This document shows positions 18,801 to 29,479 of a DNA stretch of 64,000 nucleotides, one piece after another. Below the pieces are notes generated by a model, which was not told where the DNA came from, made no database searches, and saw only the letters and a list, made by a program, of their open reading frames with translations. The DNA comes from a virus (lineage: Duplodnaviria > Caudoviricetes), in the IMG/VR virus record IMGVR_UViG_3300032285_001531; one strand, given 5' to 3'. Numbering within the stretch: position 1 is the stretch's first letter; each line of letters begins with the position of its first letter. A program made the position numbers and the translations under genes.

Positions 18801-19127
18801 GTGATAACAGTTACAGAAAAAGCAGCTATCAAAATCAAAAAACATTTAGAAAAAAGAGGTAAGGGTATTGGTATCCTTGTAGGTGTTAATACTACTGGAT
18901 GCAGTGGATTAGCATATAAACTAGAATATGTTGATGACTTACCAAATAAGGGTGAGTACATGACATTCAATAGCAATGATATTATCATAGTAGTCAGTCA
19001 AAAAGACCTCCCCTACATTGATGGTATGAAAATGGAATGGAAGCGTGAAGGATTAAATGAGGGATTTGACTTTATTAATCCAAATGAAACAGCACGTTGC
19101 GGTTGCGGAGAAAGTTTCACCGTTTAA
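18801..19127 (+). CDS. iscA: A-type Fe-S cluster carrier (IscA/HesB family)
   Basis: ITVTEKAA, TTGCSGLAY, FINPNETARCGCGESF; all three Cys ligands present. Confidence 0.92.
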   Translation: MITVTEKAAIKIKKHLEKRGKGIGILVGVNTTGCSGLAYKLEYVDDLPNKGEYMTFNSNDIIIVVSQKDLPYIDGMKMEWKREGLNEGFDFINPNETARCGCGESFTV

Positions 19128-19163
19128 CTTGTAGCATGTTTGACAACATGTTATAATAATTGC

Positions 19164-19850
19164 ATGTATAATCCCACTAAATTCAATTATCAACGATTCG
19201 ATAGAGTAACAATCAATGGTTCACGTAAATATGCTACACCAGATGGTGAAAAGCTACCAAGTGTAACAACAATCCTAGAAGCAACTAAAAGTGAAGAAAG
19301 TAAACAAGCACTTAATGAGTGGCGCAAACGTGTAGGTGTTAAGAAAGCACAAGAGATTACCACAGAAGCAGCAGGACGTGGTACACGTATGCACAAATGG
19401 ATAGAAGATTACATTAAGACTGGTGTGATCGGTGATCCAGGAAGTAATCCGTATAGCATACAAAGCCATAAAATGGCTCAGGAGATTATAGGCAAAGGTC
19501 TAGTTAACTGCAATGAAGCTTGGGGTGTAGAGGTTCCATTATATCTCCCTAAAATCTATGCAGGCACCACTGATTTATGTGGTGTACATGATGGACAAGA
19601 AGCTATTATGGATCACAAGCAAAGCAACAAAGTCAAAAAGCGTGAGTGGATTGAGGATTATTTCGTACAATCTGCTGCATATGCTGAAGCACACAATGAA
19701 GTATATGGAACTAAGATACGTAAGGGTGTTATTTTCATGTGTACTGCAGATGTTCAGTACCTAGAATTCATAGTCGAAGGCACTGAGTTTGACAAATACA
19801 GAGATATTTGGTTCCGTAAAGTGGAGGAATATTACACCAAGTTTCTATAG
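19164..19850 (+). CDS. PD-(D/E)xK exonuclease (MGME1-like phage family)
   Basis: LPSVTTIL, RGTRMHKWIE, YAGTTDL, IMDHKQS, QSAAYA; likely start is ATG 19164. Confidence 0.82.
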   Translation: MYNPTKFNYQRFDRVTINGSRKYATPDGEKLPSVTTILEATKSEESKQALNEWRKRVGVKKAQEITTEAAGRGTRMHKWIEDYIKTGVIGDPGSNPYSIQSHKMAQEIIGKGLVNCNEAWGVEVPLYLPKIYAGTTDLCGVHDGQEAIMDHKQSNKVKKREWIEDYFVQSAAYAEAHNEVYGTKIRKGVIFMCTADVQYLEFIVEGTEFDKYRDIWFRKVEEYYTKFL

Positions 19851-19908
19851 TTTCTAATCCAAATTAGATTGATAAATAGTATAATCATCTTTTCATAAGA
19901 ATTATACT

Positions 19909-22900
19909 ATGGCAATAATACAACTTTCCAAAATTCAACACCGTACAGGGGCTAACGTAGATTTGCCCCAACTAGCTGAGGGCGAATTAGGTTTCGCCAC
20001 AGACGAGCGTAGACTTTACATAGGTAATGACGCAAATCTGTTTCCCCCTTTAGGGACTAGTACTACTACTCAGACTGAGATACTCACAGAGGTTTCTACT
20101 CTGAATTGGTCAAGACTGGGTGGTTCTGCAAATACAACATTAAACATAGAGGCCCCTGTAGAAGATGGGCAGTTAATTGTTGCTAATTCAAATACATGGA
20201 CTAATGCAGGTGGTACTTCAGCTTTGCCTATCAATTTAGGTAATATTCAAAATCTTAATATCGGTGGTGGTTTAAATGGATATGTACTTACAACTGACGG
20301 CTCAGGTAATCTAAGCTGGCAGGGTAGCGGTGTTGTGACATATGCTGTTGCTAATGTTTCACAAGCTAATCCTGCAGTCGTAACAACTACTGAAGATAAT
20401 GCAATCTTAACTGGATTGCAAGTTACAATCTTTGGTGTTGGTGGTATGACCCAGCTAAAGACAGCCGGTGCAAGTGGCACAAACAAATTCTATGTAGTAA
20501 AACAATCTAACAGTACATTCACCCTGTACTCGGACAGTACATTATTATCAGCAGTTAACAGTTCGGCATTTACTGCAGCAGTTCCTAATACAGGTAATGC
20601 AGTCACATCATTCTATGAAAACGGCACAGGTAATCCAGGTGGTGGAAATAGAAATATTCAATTCAATGATGGTTCTGGATTATTTGGTGGTATTGGTACT
20701 TTTACATTTGATAAAACTACTTCTAATTTAAGTTTAACCGGTAATGCAAACATAACATATGATATTGCTGCAAATAATTTCATAGGTAAGTTTACAGGAC
20801 CAATAGGAAACACAACAGCCAATACAGGTAACTTTACGACTATCAATGCTGCTTCTACTATTAGCACTTCAGGAAATGTTTCTGCAGGTGGTAATGTAGT
20901 AGTCACTGGAAATATAAGCACAGGTAGTAATTTAACAACAGCAGGCAATTTAAGTGTAACAGGTAATACTAAGTTAACAGGTAAATTGTCAATGGGTGGT
21001 AATATAGTAGGCAATTTAGTACCAGATGCTGACATCACTTATAATTTAGGTAGTCCAACAAGACGTTGGAAAGATTTATACATATCAAGTAACTCACTCG
21101 TTATTGGTAATGGTACATTATCTACTAGTCCTACTGGTGACTTTAATTTTTCAAACTCAAACATAACAACATTAAATGCTAATTTAGGTAATCTAGCAAC
21201 TGCTAATTTCTTAGGCGGCACACTAATTGCATCATCAAGTTCACAACCTAACATATCAACTGTTGGTAATCTAACAAGTTTGAATGTTGCTGGTATAAGT
21301 AATTTAGGTCCAGTAAACAATGTGTTTATTGGCAACTCTACTGCAAATTATGTATTAACTGCTACTGATGCAAATGGAACCATGCGTTGGTTACCAACCC
21401 AGTATATTGAAACTCCTGCTAAAGGCTCAAATCAAAGCGTACAGTTTAATGTAGGTAATGTAATTTCTGGCAGTGCTAATTTCTTATTTGATAAAGATTT
21501 TAATAAATTAACAGTTCCTAACCTTGTTGTCGGAACAACAATTAACGGCAATGCCACTATTAGTGTTACTGGTAATATAACTGGTAATGCCATTAACGCA
21601 ACTACACTTAATGTTAGTGGTGCTGTAATCGCATCAAACACAGTTAGTGCTGCAGGCAATCTTACATCAAACGGTATACTTACTGTTAATAACAATGCAG
21701 CTATCACTGGTAATTTAAGTTTAACTGGAACCATTACTGCTAATCTTACAAATGCAGGCAATGTAAGTGTATCAGGTAATACAACTACTTCACGTTTATC
21801 TGTAGTATCTAATGTAGTTGCTAACGGTAATATTACTGGTGGTAATATATTAACATTGGGTAGTATATCTGCTGGTGGTAATGTAGATGCAAATAATCTA
21901 AATGCAGCAGGCAATGTCATCATTACTGGACAAGCAAACGCAGTGCGTTTTGTAGCTAGTGCAGAAATTAAAGCTGGTCAATATATTCAAGCTGCTGGTA
22001 AAGCATATATCGGTGAAGATGTATTAGCAAATGGTAATGTTTCTGGTGCTAATATTTTAACTTTAGGTAATGTTTCAGCAGGTGGAAACTTAACTATAGC
22101 AGCAAATGCACAAATCAACGGTAATGCTACTATTACTGGCACTATTGCTGGTGGTAATATTACTACTCTTGGCTTAATCAGTGCAAGAGGTAATATCAAT
22201 GGTGCTAATATTACTGCTAATGGATTTATCACCACAACAGGTGATGTAACAGCAAATGGTGCAATATCAGCAAATGGTAATATTACTAGTTTAGGAACAA
22301 TAACAGCTAACGCATTGAACGTTGGTAATGTATCAACAACTGGTAATTTAACAGTCAACAATCTTGCTGTAGCAAACTTTGTAAGTTCATCATTACTACC
22401 AAATGCAGATATTTCTCTTGCATTGGGTGGCCCAACTAAACGTTGGTCAACATTATATGTTGGCAACACAATCAATATTGGTGATAAGACTATTGTTTCA
22501 GATGCAAATGGTATTGGATTTGGTGCTGCATTATTCAATCAAGCTAATGCAAATATTGCTAACTTAAGAACAGCATATGCAAATCTACCAGATACCGGTA
22601 ATATCAAGATACCAGGTGGTACTTTAGGTGCAATTCTTAAAACAGACGGTAATGGTAATATAAGTTGGGGAGCACCTAGTAGCTTTGTATCTGGTGCAGC
22701 CGGGTCAAACACACAAGTTCAGTTTAACGATGCTAATATAATGGCTGGTAGTGCGAACTTTGTATTCAACAAAACAAGTAACACATTAACAGTAGATAAG
22801 ATCATTGCAAATGGTAGTGGTCTAACAGGAATGAATGGTGCAAATGTAACAGGCACAGTAAGTTCTGCTAGTGTAGCAGGAACAGTATCAGTAAATGCAC

Positions 22901-25900
22901 AACCAAATATTAATAGTGTTGGTAATCTAACAGGTCTAGTGGTAGGTAATTTAGGTAATGTTGATTTCAGTAATACAACTGCAGTAACTTTAAACAGTAA
23001 TAGTCTACGAGTTCCAAATGGTTGGACTCCTGGAATGTCAATCATTGCTGTTAGTCCAACCGCTAATAGTAATGCAGACGCAGGAAAATTAAGTTGGGGT
23101 TATTCATCTCTATTACAAAATGGCAATAGTAATGTAGTTGTTGATACTGCTGCAAATATTCGTTTTACTGCCAACGGTGTAGTTAACGTAGTTACTATCG
23201 CAAACACTGGATTATTCACTTCAAATCTAACAGTTAATGCAATTGCTAATTTAGGCTCAGTTAGTAATGTAAAAATTACTGGTGGTGGACCAAATCAAAT
23301 ATTAAGAACAGATGGTAACGGTGTGTTAAGTTGGGTAGCTCCTGCAAGTACTAGTGCATTAGCAAATGCAAATAGTAACATAACAGTTGAAGCCGCAAAT
23401 ATAAATCTATCAGCAAATGGCACACCTAACGTATTACAAGTAACTGCAACCGGTGTTAATATATCTAATGAAACAATATCTGGTACTTCTAATATCGGTA
23501 CATTAAATATAAATGCTATTGCTAATCTTGGTGCAGTTGCTAATATAAGAATTGGAGGTAGTAATGTAGGATGGTTACTGCAATCAAATGGTGCTGGTGG
23601 AGTTGTTTGGACACCGCCAGCAAGTACAAGTGGCTTAACAAATGGTAACAGTAGCGTTTCTGTTGATCAAAACGGTAATATAAGAATAACTGCAAACACT
23701 GCACCTAATGTAGTTGTCATTGCAAATACAGGGCTTTTCACAAGTAATATTTCAGCGACAGGTACATTAACAACAAATGGTATCGCTGTACTAAACAACG
23801 GTAACATAACACTACCGGGTACTGCTAGTACTGCAGGTAAAATATATTGGCCAGGCACTGCTGCTTGCTCAGCACCACAACTTACTACATATTCAGGTGG
23901 TACACGATTAGTATTACAAGACTCTATTGCTACTAGTGGTTCTGCAGGATACACAATGGGTATTGAATCTGGTAATATGTGGTTTGGTACTGATGTAGTT
24001 GCAGCAGGATTTAAATGGTATGGTGGCATAACTCAAATTGCGACATTAAGTAACGCAACTGGATTTAGTACAGTTGGCAATGTTGCCGGTATTAACATTA
24101 ATACAACAGGTAATGTAAGCGCAACAGGTAATGCTAATATTGGTAATAATGTAAACACTGTTAATGTTAATGCAACCGGTAGTATAATAGCAGCTAATAT
24201 CACTGCTAATACAGTCATAAGCACAACTGGTAATATTAACTCAGGCAATGAGAATGTAACCGGTAATGTACAAGCAGGTAACTTAAGAACAACAGGTAAT
24301 GTAAGCGCAACAGGTAACATCACAACTGCAAACTTCTTTGTAGGTAATGGTTATTACTTGACAGGTGTATTAAGAGAACCAACAGCATTAATTGCTAATG
24401 GTACTTTAAGTAATGTCAGCATTCCAGCTGCTAATGGCTCCATCTCAGTAGTAGCAAATAACGTAAGTGTTATGACTATTACTAGTGTTGGTGCAAATAT
24501 CAGTGGTAATGCAAGTATTTCAGGTAATGCTAACGTAGGTAACTTAGGAACTGCGGGTAATGTTACAGCAAATTACTTTATTGGTAATGGTGCATTATTA
24601 ACAGGCATTGCAACAAGCAATCAATTGTTTAATGGAAATAGTAACGTAACTATTGATTCAAATGCTAACGTAAGAATTACTGCAAATGGATCAGCAAACA
24701 TCGTAAGTTACATTGGTAATGGTGTATATCCTGCAAATGCTAACATAGGAGCAATTCAGCCGCAAAATACTTATTATCGTGTTGGTAATGTATATGTATC
24801 ATCTGGTGGCGATTACGGACATTTCTCTACTCATGCATGGTACACTGGCGGTATGTGGATGGGTGATGGTGCAGTTGGCGGATTATTCCAAATAGCAGGA
24901 CCTACATTTAATTGGTTCAAAGGTTCTGCATGTACAAGTGTCACATACACTAGTTTGATGTCACTTGATGCTAATGGAAATTTATTCGCAAATGGTACTA
25001 TATCATCAGTAAGCAATATAACCGGTGTTAATATAATTGGTACTAATATAAGTGCCACAGCTAATGTAACTGGTGGTAATATCATAACTGCTGGTGCAGT
25101 AAGTGCTACTGGTGTAATAAGTACTGCTGGTAATATTGTAAGTAACAGCTATCACTTCTTAAATTCATATGCTGGCGCCACTGAAGGTGGTCAGATTGTT
25201 ATGTCGTTTGCTGGTGGTAACGCTTATGCTAATGCAGTAGCTTCAACATGGAACATAGATGTTGGTCCTGCAAATGACTTCCGTATATTCAATTATAACT
25301 CGGGTGGTGCGGTATCAATTCCATTCATAATTCGTCAATCAAATAATCAAGCAGATTTCACTGGAAATATTGCTACTGGTGCTAATGTTAATGCAGGCAA
25401 TGTTAATACTACCGCTGCAGTATCAGCAGGTGGTAATATTACTACAACACAGTTCTTAAATGCTGGTAGTATGAGTGTTTCTGGCACTATTAATGGTGGC
25501 GCAAATGCTAACATAGCAGGTAATTTAAATCTAACAGGTAATGCAAATGTAATAGGTAAGATAAATGTATCCAATAGCATTAGTATGGCTAATGGCTCTC
25601 TGAACATAATTAATTGGGGTACTGCTGGTTATGCACCGCCTAGTATTGTAGCAGCTTATGGAAATGGCACAAAAATTGTATTGTTTGACAGTAAAACATC
25701 AACTGCTACTGCTCTTGGCTACACAATGGGTATTGATACAAGTACATTCTACTTTACCAGTGATGTAAACTTTAAATGGTATACTAATGGCTCACTAACA
25801 CCAGTAGCAACAATGACTCCTACAGGATTCAGTGTCACTGGCACAGTTAATGCATCCAACTTTGTTGGTAACGGATCTGGTCTTACTGGTATTTCAGCAT

Positions 25901-28900
25901 CAAATGCACTTAGTTTGGTAAACGGTTCAAGTAATGTTGTAGTTGACGTAAATGGTGCAATAAGAATTGGTGCAATAGGTGTGCCTAATGTGTTGACCAT
26001 CACAAACACAGGCACAGTAGTGACAGGTACAGAAAGCGTAACTGGTGCTATTACTGCTAATGGTGCAATTACAACGGCAACAACTTTAACTGCAGCTAAT
26101 TTGAGTATTACTGGAAATGTAGCATTTACTGCTGCAAACGTAAGTTTAGGATCTAATACTGCTGTTAGAATTACTGGTGGGGGTCCTAATCAATTCTTAA
26201 AAACAGATGGAAACGGTAATTTAAGTTGGGTTTCTGCAGGTGGTACTGCAAACGTTGCAGGTGCACCAACTCAAGTACAGTTTAACACTGGCGGTGCAAT
26301 GGATGCTAGTGCTAACTTTACATTTGATAAAACAACTAATACATTAGTAGTCACTAATGCTACAAATTCAGGTAACTTAAGCGTAGGCGGTAATGCAACT
26401 GTAGCAGCTAACTTAAGTGTTACTACAGGCAATATCAGTGCTAGTGGTAACGTTAGCTTAATTGGCAATAACGTAACTGGTAAACTAGTGTTTAACAATA
26501 ATGGTGTTGCAGCTCCGATATTAAATGGTGTAAGTAATGGTACTAGAACAATTTTCTATAATTCAGCAGGAGCTCAAGCTACTAACTTTGCAATGGGTAT
26601 AGATAGTAGCACATTATGGTACAGTGTTCCGGATACAGCTAGTTTCCACAGATGGTACGGTGGAACAACTCAGCTTGCATATCTAACTGGAATTGGATTC
26701 TCTGTAACAGGTAACATATTTGCTAGTGCTAATATTAGTACTATTGGCAATATTCTTGCTGCAGGTTTACTCAGTGTTACTGGAACAATTTCAAGTACTG
26801 GTGCTATTGCTACCCCAAGTACAATCAGTGCTACAGGTAATATTAATACTACAGCTACACTAAATGCAGCAGCATTGTCTGTAACTGGAGCAGCAATTTA
26901 CGGTGGTGTAATTAACACAACAAGCACAATGAGTGCTACTGGTACAGTAACGGCAGGTGGATTTATCACTGCAGGTACAATTAGTGCTAATGGTACTATT
27001 ACATCAAATACTGCAATTAACACTACAGGTACTATAAGTGCTACTGGTAACATTACTACTGCTGGTTACATACAAGCTGCAGGTCTTGCTTCTAGCGGTA
27101 ACATGGCAATCCCAGCAGGTAATTCATTATTGATGGGAACAAATGCTGGCACATCAGCTAAGATAATATGGGATGCAGCTGGGACAGGAGCACCAACATA
27201 TAGTGCATTTAGTCCAGGTACAAAATTAGTATTGTATCCTGCAACTGCTGCGCCATACACACCAAGTGCAAGTGAGGTTGGATATGCAATGGGTATTGAA
27301 GCCTACTCAATATGGTATAGTACAAGCAATTCTACAGTTGGTTTCCATAGATGGTATGCAGGTAATACACAAATTGCAAACTTAAACTATCAATCATTTA
27401 CTGTAGCAGGAAATTTAAGTGCAGTTGGTAATGTTTATTCAAATAACGAAAACGTAACAAGTAATGTACAAGCAGGTAACTTAAGAACAACAGGTGTAGT
27501 ATCTGCAGCAAGTACAATAACCGGTGGCAATTTAGTAACAGGAGGCACAATAAGTTCATATGGTATTGCAACATTAGGTAATGTTGTTGTACCAACAGGC
27601 GGTACTATATCTGCAATCGGCAATATCATTGGTGGTAATATAGTAGCAAATGCAACTGTCACTGGTGTAACATTAAGTGCTAGTGGTAACGTAACAGGCT
27701 TTAACTTAACAACTGGCGGTGTAGTGAGTGCTGCTAGTAACGTAACCGGTGGTAATATCTTAACTGGTGGTTTAATAAGTGCTGCAGGTAGTGTTACAGG
27801 TATAAGTCTTGTTGGTAATCTATACACAGTTCGTAACGGTGGTATTTACTGGCCTAGTGATACTAGTGGTGACGTTGCAACTATCACTTATCTAAGATCA
27901 GGCGCTGATACTGGTACCCTAGAACTTTCTGTACAAAATGATACAGACGATATTATTAGATTAAATGCAAGTGGTGGTACATCAGTTGTTGGTAATTTAA
28001 CAGTTGGTGCTAACATAACAACAACTGCAAATGCTAACGTAGGTAATTTAAATGCAACAAGTAATGTACAAGCAGGTAACTTAAGAACAACTGGATTAAT
28101 AAGTGCTACTGGTAATGTAACAGCTAGTAATTTTATCACAACTGGCACGATAACTTTAGGTGGTGTCATCAGTGCTACTGGTACCCCAGCTGCTATCGCT
28201 GCTACTGGTACAATTAACACTTTAAGTACAATTAGTGCTACTGGCACAATTACTGGTGGTAATATTGTAACCGCAGGCGCAGTCAGTGCAACAGGTATAA
28301 TCAGTACTACAGCTAATATTACTACTGCAGCTAATATTAGTGCTACTGCAGGAATATTTGCTAGTACAATTAGTGCTGTTGGTAATATCAACAGTACAGG
28401 TAACATTATAACTAATGGTACAATATGTACTATAGGATTGATAGTAAGTGCAGGTGCAAGTGCTAACTTTGCCTCTCCGATATATGCAACATCATTAATT
28501 AGTACTACTGCAACAGTTACTAGTGCTGTTTTAAGTGCTACAGGAAATGTAAATGCTGCTAATGTAATATCTACTGGTAATGTAAATGCTGGTACTAACA
28601 TAAGTGCTACTGGTAATATTACTTCTGCAGCAAACATAAGTACTAGTGGTAATATTATTGCTGCTGGCACAATGAGTTCTACTGGATTAGCGACACATGG
28701 TAGTTTAAGTGTCGTTGGTAGTTCTACTCATACTGGTGCAATCAATACAACTAATGCTATTAGTGCTGTTGGTACGGTTACTGCAGGTGGATTCAGTACT
28801 ACAGGAAATACTATTACTGGTAATTTAAGCGTTACTGGTAACGTAATTGGTACATTAACTGTTCCTGGTACTGCAAATATTGGTACTGCAAATGTAACTA

Positions 28901-29355
28901 CTTTAAATGTATCTGGTGCTGCTAATGTAAGTCCAAGTTCAGTTGTAAGAGATCCTGCTAATGCAGCAATAAATATTCCAGTTGGATATCGTATAAATCC
29001 ACTAATTCCCGTAACAATGGCATCTGGAACTATTGCCAGTGTTTTATACGATAATAACGCTACACAAAAAATATTTTATGTCACTGGTGCAACCGTAGCT
29101 ACTGGTGTAATTAATTGGGAAGGCAGCGGATCTTTCGAACGTTTTGCTCTTGGTTCAGTTATAACTATTATCAATGATAGTTCAGGAACAGTACAAGCTT
29201 CTGGCTCCTATGCTGGATGTAATTTTAGACGAGCGCAAACCGGAGCTACAACAAATACTATTAATGTTGGACCTAATGGTTATGCAGTATTTACTAAGAT
29301 TGTATCTGTTGGACCAGGCGGATATCCATTATGGTTCGTGTCAGGTAATTTCTAA
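19909..29355 (+). CDS. Giant tail fibre (3148 aa)
   Basis: Mtd_N-like N-terminus (KIQHRTG...LPQLAEGELGFATDERRLYIGN); N/G/T/A/S-rich triple-beta repeats; repeated TQVQFN and TDGxGNLSW junctions. Confidence 0.85.
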   Translation: MAIIQLSKIQHRTGANVDLPQLAEGELGFATDERRLYIGNDANLFPPLGTSTTTQTEILTEVSTLNWSRLGGSANTTLNIEAPVEDGQLIVANSNTWTNAGGTSALPINLGNIQNLNIGGGLNGYVLTTDGSGNLSWQGSGVVTYAVANVSQANPAVVTTTEDNAILTGLQVTIFGVGGMTQLKTAGASGTNKFYVVKQSNSTFTLYSDSTLLSAVNSSAFTAAVPNTGNAVTSFYENGTGNPGGGNRNIQFNDGSGLFGGIGTFTFDKTTSNLSLTGNANITYDIAANNFIGKFTGPIGNTTANTGNFTTINAASTISTSGNVSAGGNVVVTGNISTGSNLTTAGNLSVTGNTKLTGKLSMGGNIVGNLVPDADITYNLGSPTRRWKDLYISSNSLVIGNGTLSTSPTGDFNFSNSNITTLNANLGNLATANFLGGTLIASSSSQPNISTVGNLTSLNVAGISNLGPVNNVFIGNSTANYVLTATDANGTMRWLPTQYIETPAKGSNQSVQFNVGNVISGSANFLFDKDFNKLTVPNLVVGTTINGNATISVTGNITGNAINATTLNVSGAVIASNTVSAAGNLTSNGILTVNNNAAITGNLSLTGTITANLTNAGNVSVSGNTTTSRLSVVSNVVANGNITGGNILTLGSISAGGNVDANNLNAAGNVIITGQANAVRFVASAEIKAGQYIQAAGKAYIGEDVLANGNVSGANILTLGNVSAGGNLTIAANAQINGNATITGTIAGGNITTLGLISARGNINGANITANGFITTTGDVTANGAISANGNITSLGTITANALNVGNVSTTGNLTVNNLAVANFVSSSLLPNADISLALGGPTKRWSTLYVGNTINIGDKTIVSDANGIGFGAALFNQANANIANLRTAYANLPDTGNIKIPGGTLGAILKTDGNGNISWGAPSSFVSGAAGSNTQVQFNDANIMAGSANFVFNKTSNTLTVDKIIANGSGLTGMNGANVTGTVSSASVAGTVSVNAQPNINSVGNLTGLVVGNLGNVDFSNTTAVTLNSNSLRVPNGWTPGMSIIAVSPTANSNADAGKLSWGYSSLLQNGNSNVVVDTAANIRFTANGVVNVVTIANTGLFTSNLTVNAIANLGSVSNVKITGGGPNQILRTDGNGVLSWVAPASTSALANANSNITVEAANINLSANGTPNVLQVTATGVNISNETISGTSNIGTLNINAIANLGAVANIRIGGSNVGWLLQSNGAGGVVWTPPASTSGLTNGNSSVSVDQNGNIRITANTAPNVVVIANTGLFTSNISATGTLTTNGIAVLNNGNITLPGTASTAGKIYWPGTAACSAPQLTTYSGGTRLVLQDSIATSGSAGYTMGIESGNMWFGTDVVAAGFKWYGGITQIATLSNATGFSTVGNVAGININTTGNVSATGNANIGNNVNTVNVNATGSIIAANITANTVISTTGNINSGNENVTGNVQAGNLRTTGNVSATGNITTANFFVGNGYYLTGVLREPTALIANGTLSNVSIPAANGSISVVANNVSVMTITSVGANISGNASISGNANVGNLGTAGNVTANYFIGNGALLTGIATSNQLFNGNSNVTIDSNANVRITANGSANIVSYIGNGVYPANANIGAIQPQNTYYRVGNVYVSSGGDYGHFSTHAWYTGGMWMGDGAVGGLFQIAGPTFNWFKGSACTSVTYTSLMSLDANGNLFANGTISSVSNITGVNIIGTNISATANVTGGNIITAGAVSATGVISTAGNIVSNSYHFLNSYAGATEGGQIVMSFAGGNAYANAVASTWNIDVGPANDFRIFNYNSGGAVSIPFIIRQSNNQADFTGNIATGANVNAGNVNTTAAVSAGGNITTTQFLNAGSMSVSGTINGGANANIAGNLNLTGNANVIGKINVSNSISMANGSLNIINWGTAGYAPPSIVAAYGNGTKIVLFDSKTSTATALGYTMGIDTSTFYFTSDVNFKWYTNGSLTPVATMTPTGFSVTGTVNASNFVGNGSGLTGISASNALSLVNGSSNVVVDVNGAIRIGAIGVPNVLTITNTGTVVTGTESVTGAITANGAITTATTLTAANLSITGNVAFTAANVSLGSNTAVRITGGGPNQFLKTDGNGNLSWVSAGGTANVAGAPTQVQFNTGGAMDASANFTFDKTTNTLVVTNATNSGNLSVGGNATVAANLSVTTGNISASGNVSLIGNNVTGKLVFNNNGVAAPILNGVSNGTRTIFYNSAGAQATNFAMGIDSSTLWYSVPDTASFHRWYGGTTQLAYLTGIGFSVTGNIFASANISTIGNILAAGLLSVTGTISSTGAIATPSTISATGNINTTATLNAAALSVTGAAIYGGVINTTSTMSATGTVTAGGFITAGTISANGTITSNTAINTTGTISATGNITTAGYIQAAGLASSGNMAIPAGNSLLMGTNAGTSAKIIWDAAGTGAPTYSAFSPGTKLVLYPATAAPYTPSASEVGYAMGIEAYSIWYSTSNSTVGFHRWYAGNTQIANLNYQSFTVAGNLSAVGNVYSNNENVTSNVQAGNLRTTGVVSAASTITGGNLVTGGTISSYGIATLGNVVVPTGGTISAIGNIIGGNIVANATVTGVTLSASGNVTGFNLTTGGVVSAASNVTGGNILTGGLISAAGSVTGISLVGNLYTVRNGGIYWPSDTSGDVATITYLRSGADTGTLELSVQNDTDDIIRLNASGGTSVVGNLTVGANITTTANANVGNLNATSNVQAGNLRTTGLISATGNVTASNFITTGTITLGGVISATGTPAAIAATGTINTLSTISATGTITGGNIVTAGAVSATGIISTTANITTAANISATAGIFASTISAVGNINSTGNIITNGTICTIGLIVSAGASANFASPIYATSLISTTATVTSAVLSATGNVNAANVISTGNVNAGTNISATGNITSAANISTSGNIIAAGTMSSTGLATHGSLSVVGSSTHTGAINTTNAISAVGTVTAGGFSTTGNTITGNLSVTGNVIGTLTVPGTANIGTANVTTLNVSGAANVSPSSVVRDPANAAINIPVGYRINPLIPVTMASGTIASVLYDNNATQKIFYVTGATVATGVINWEGSGSFERFALGSVITIINDSSGTVQASGSYAGCNFRRAQTGATTNTINVGPNGYAVFTKIVSVGPGGYPLWFVSGNF
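27456..28091 (+). repeat. Dispersed exact DNA repeat in the giant fibre
   Basis: AACAAGTAATGTACAAGCAGGTAACTTAAGAACAAC at 27456-27491 and 28056-28091; a third copy at 24263-24297 matches 27461-27495. Confidence 0.85.
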
Positions 29356-29359
29356 AATA

Positions 29360-29385
29360 AAATGGGCTATTAATTTAGCCCATTT
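29360..29385 (+). terminator. Hairpin after the giant fibre, probable terminator
   Basis: AAATGGGCTA-TTAATT-TAGCCCATTT. Confidence 0.7.
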
Positions 29386-29395
29386 CAGCTAAATA

Positions 29396-29470
29396 CTATA
29401 GTTCACTCTCTATATGAGAGAGTTTATGCAGCACCCACTGCGTAGACCCTAGAACGGTCACTATAGGAGA
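29396..29470 (+). ncRNA. Candidate cis-regulatory structured 5' leader (multi-way junction)
   Basis: Three hairpins enclosed by CTATAGT/ACTATAG; the 3' strand runs into the SD AGGAG. Confidence 0.5.
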
Positions 29471-29479
29471 TTAAAACAA

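Noticed and set aside
19164-19850. Cas4
   Set aside because: Lacks the four Fe-S cysteines, and no cas genes or array are nearby.
19909-20040. Diversity-generating retroelement suggested by the Mtd_N-like fibre N-terminus
   Set aside because: No reverse transcriptase and no template/variable repeat pair differing at adenines were seen in the window.
20247-28670. Many antisense ORFs (up to 260 aa) within the giant fibre, and likewise at 50379-56231
   Set aside because: Shadow frames caused by biased Asn/Gly/Thr/Ala codons; the products are monotonous LPV/TLP repeats with no start signals.
29396-29470. tRNA or known self-cleaving ribozyme
   Set aside because: No T-loop/D-loop consensus or CCA end, and no hammerhead core; kept only as an unknown structured leader.
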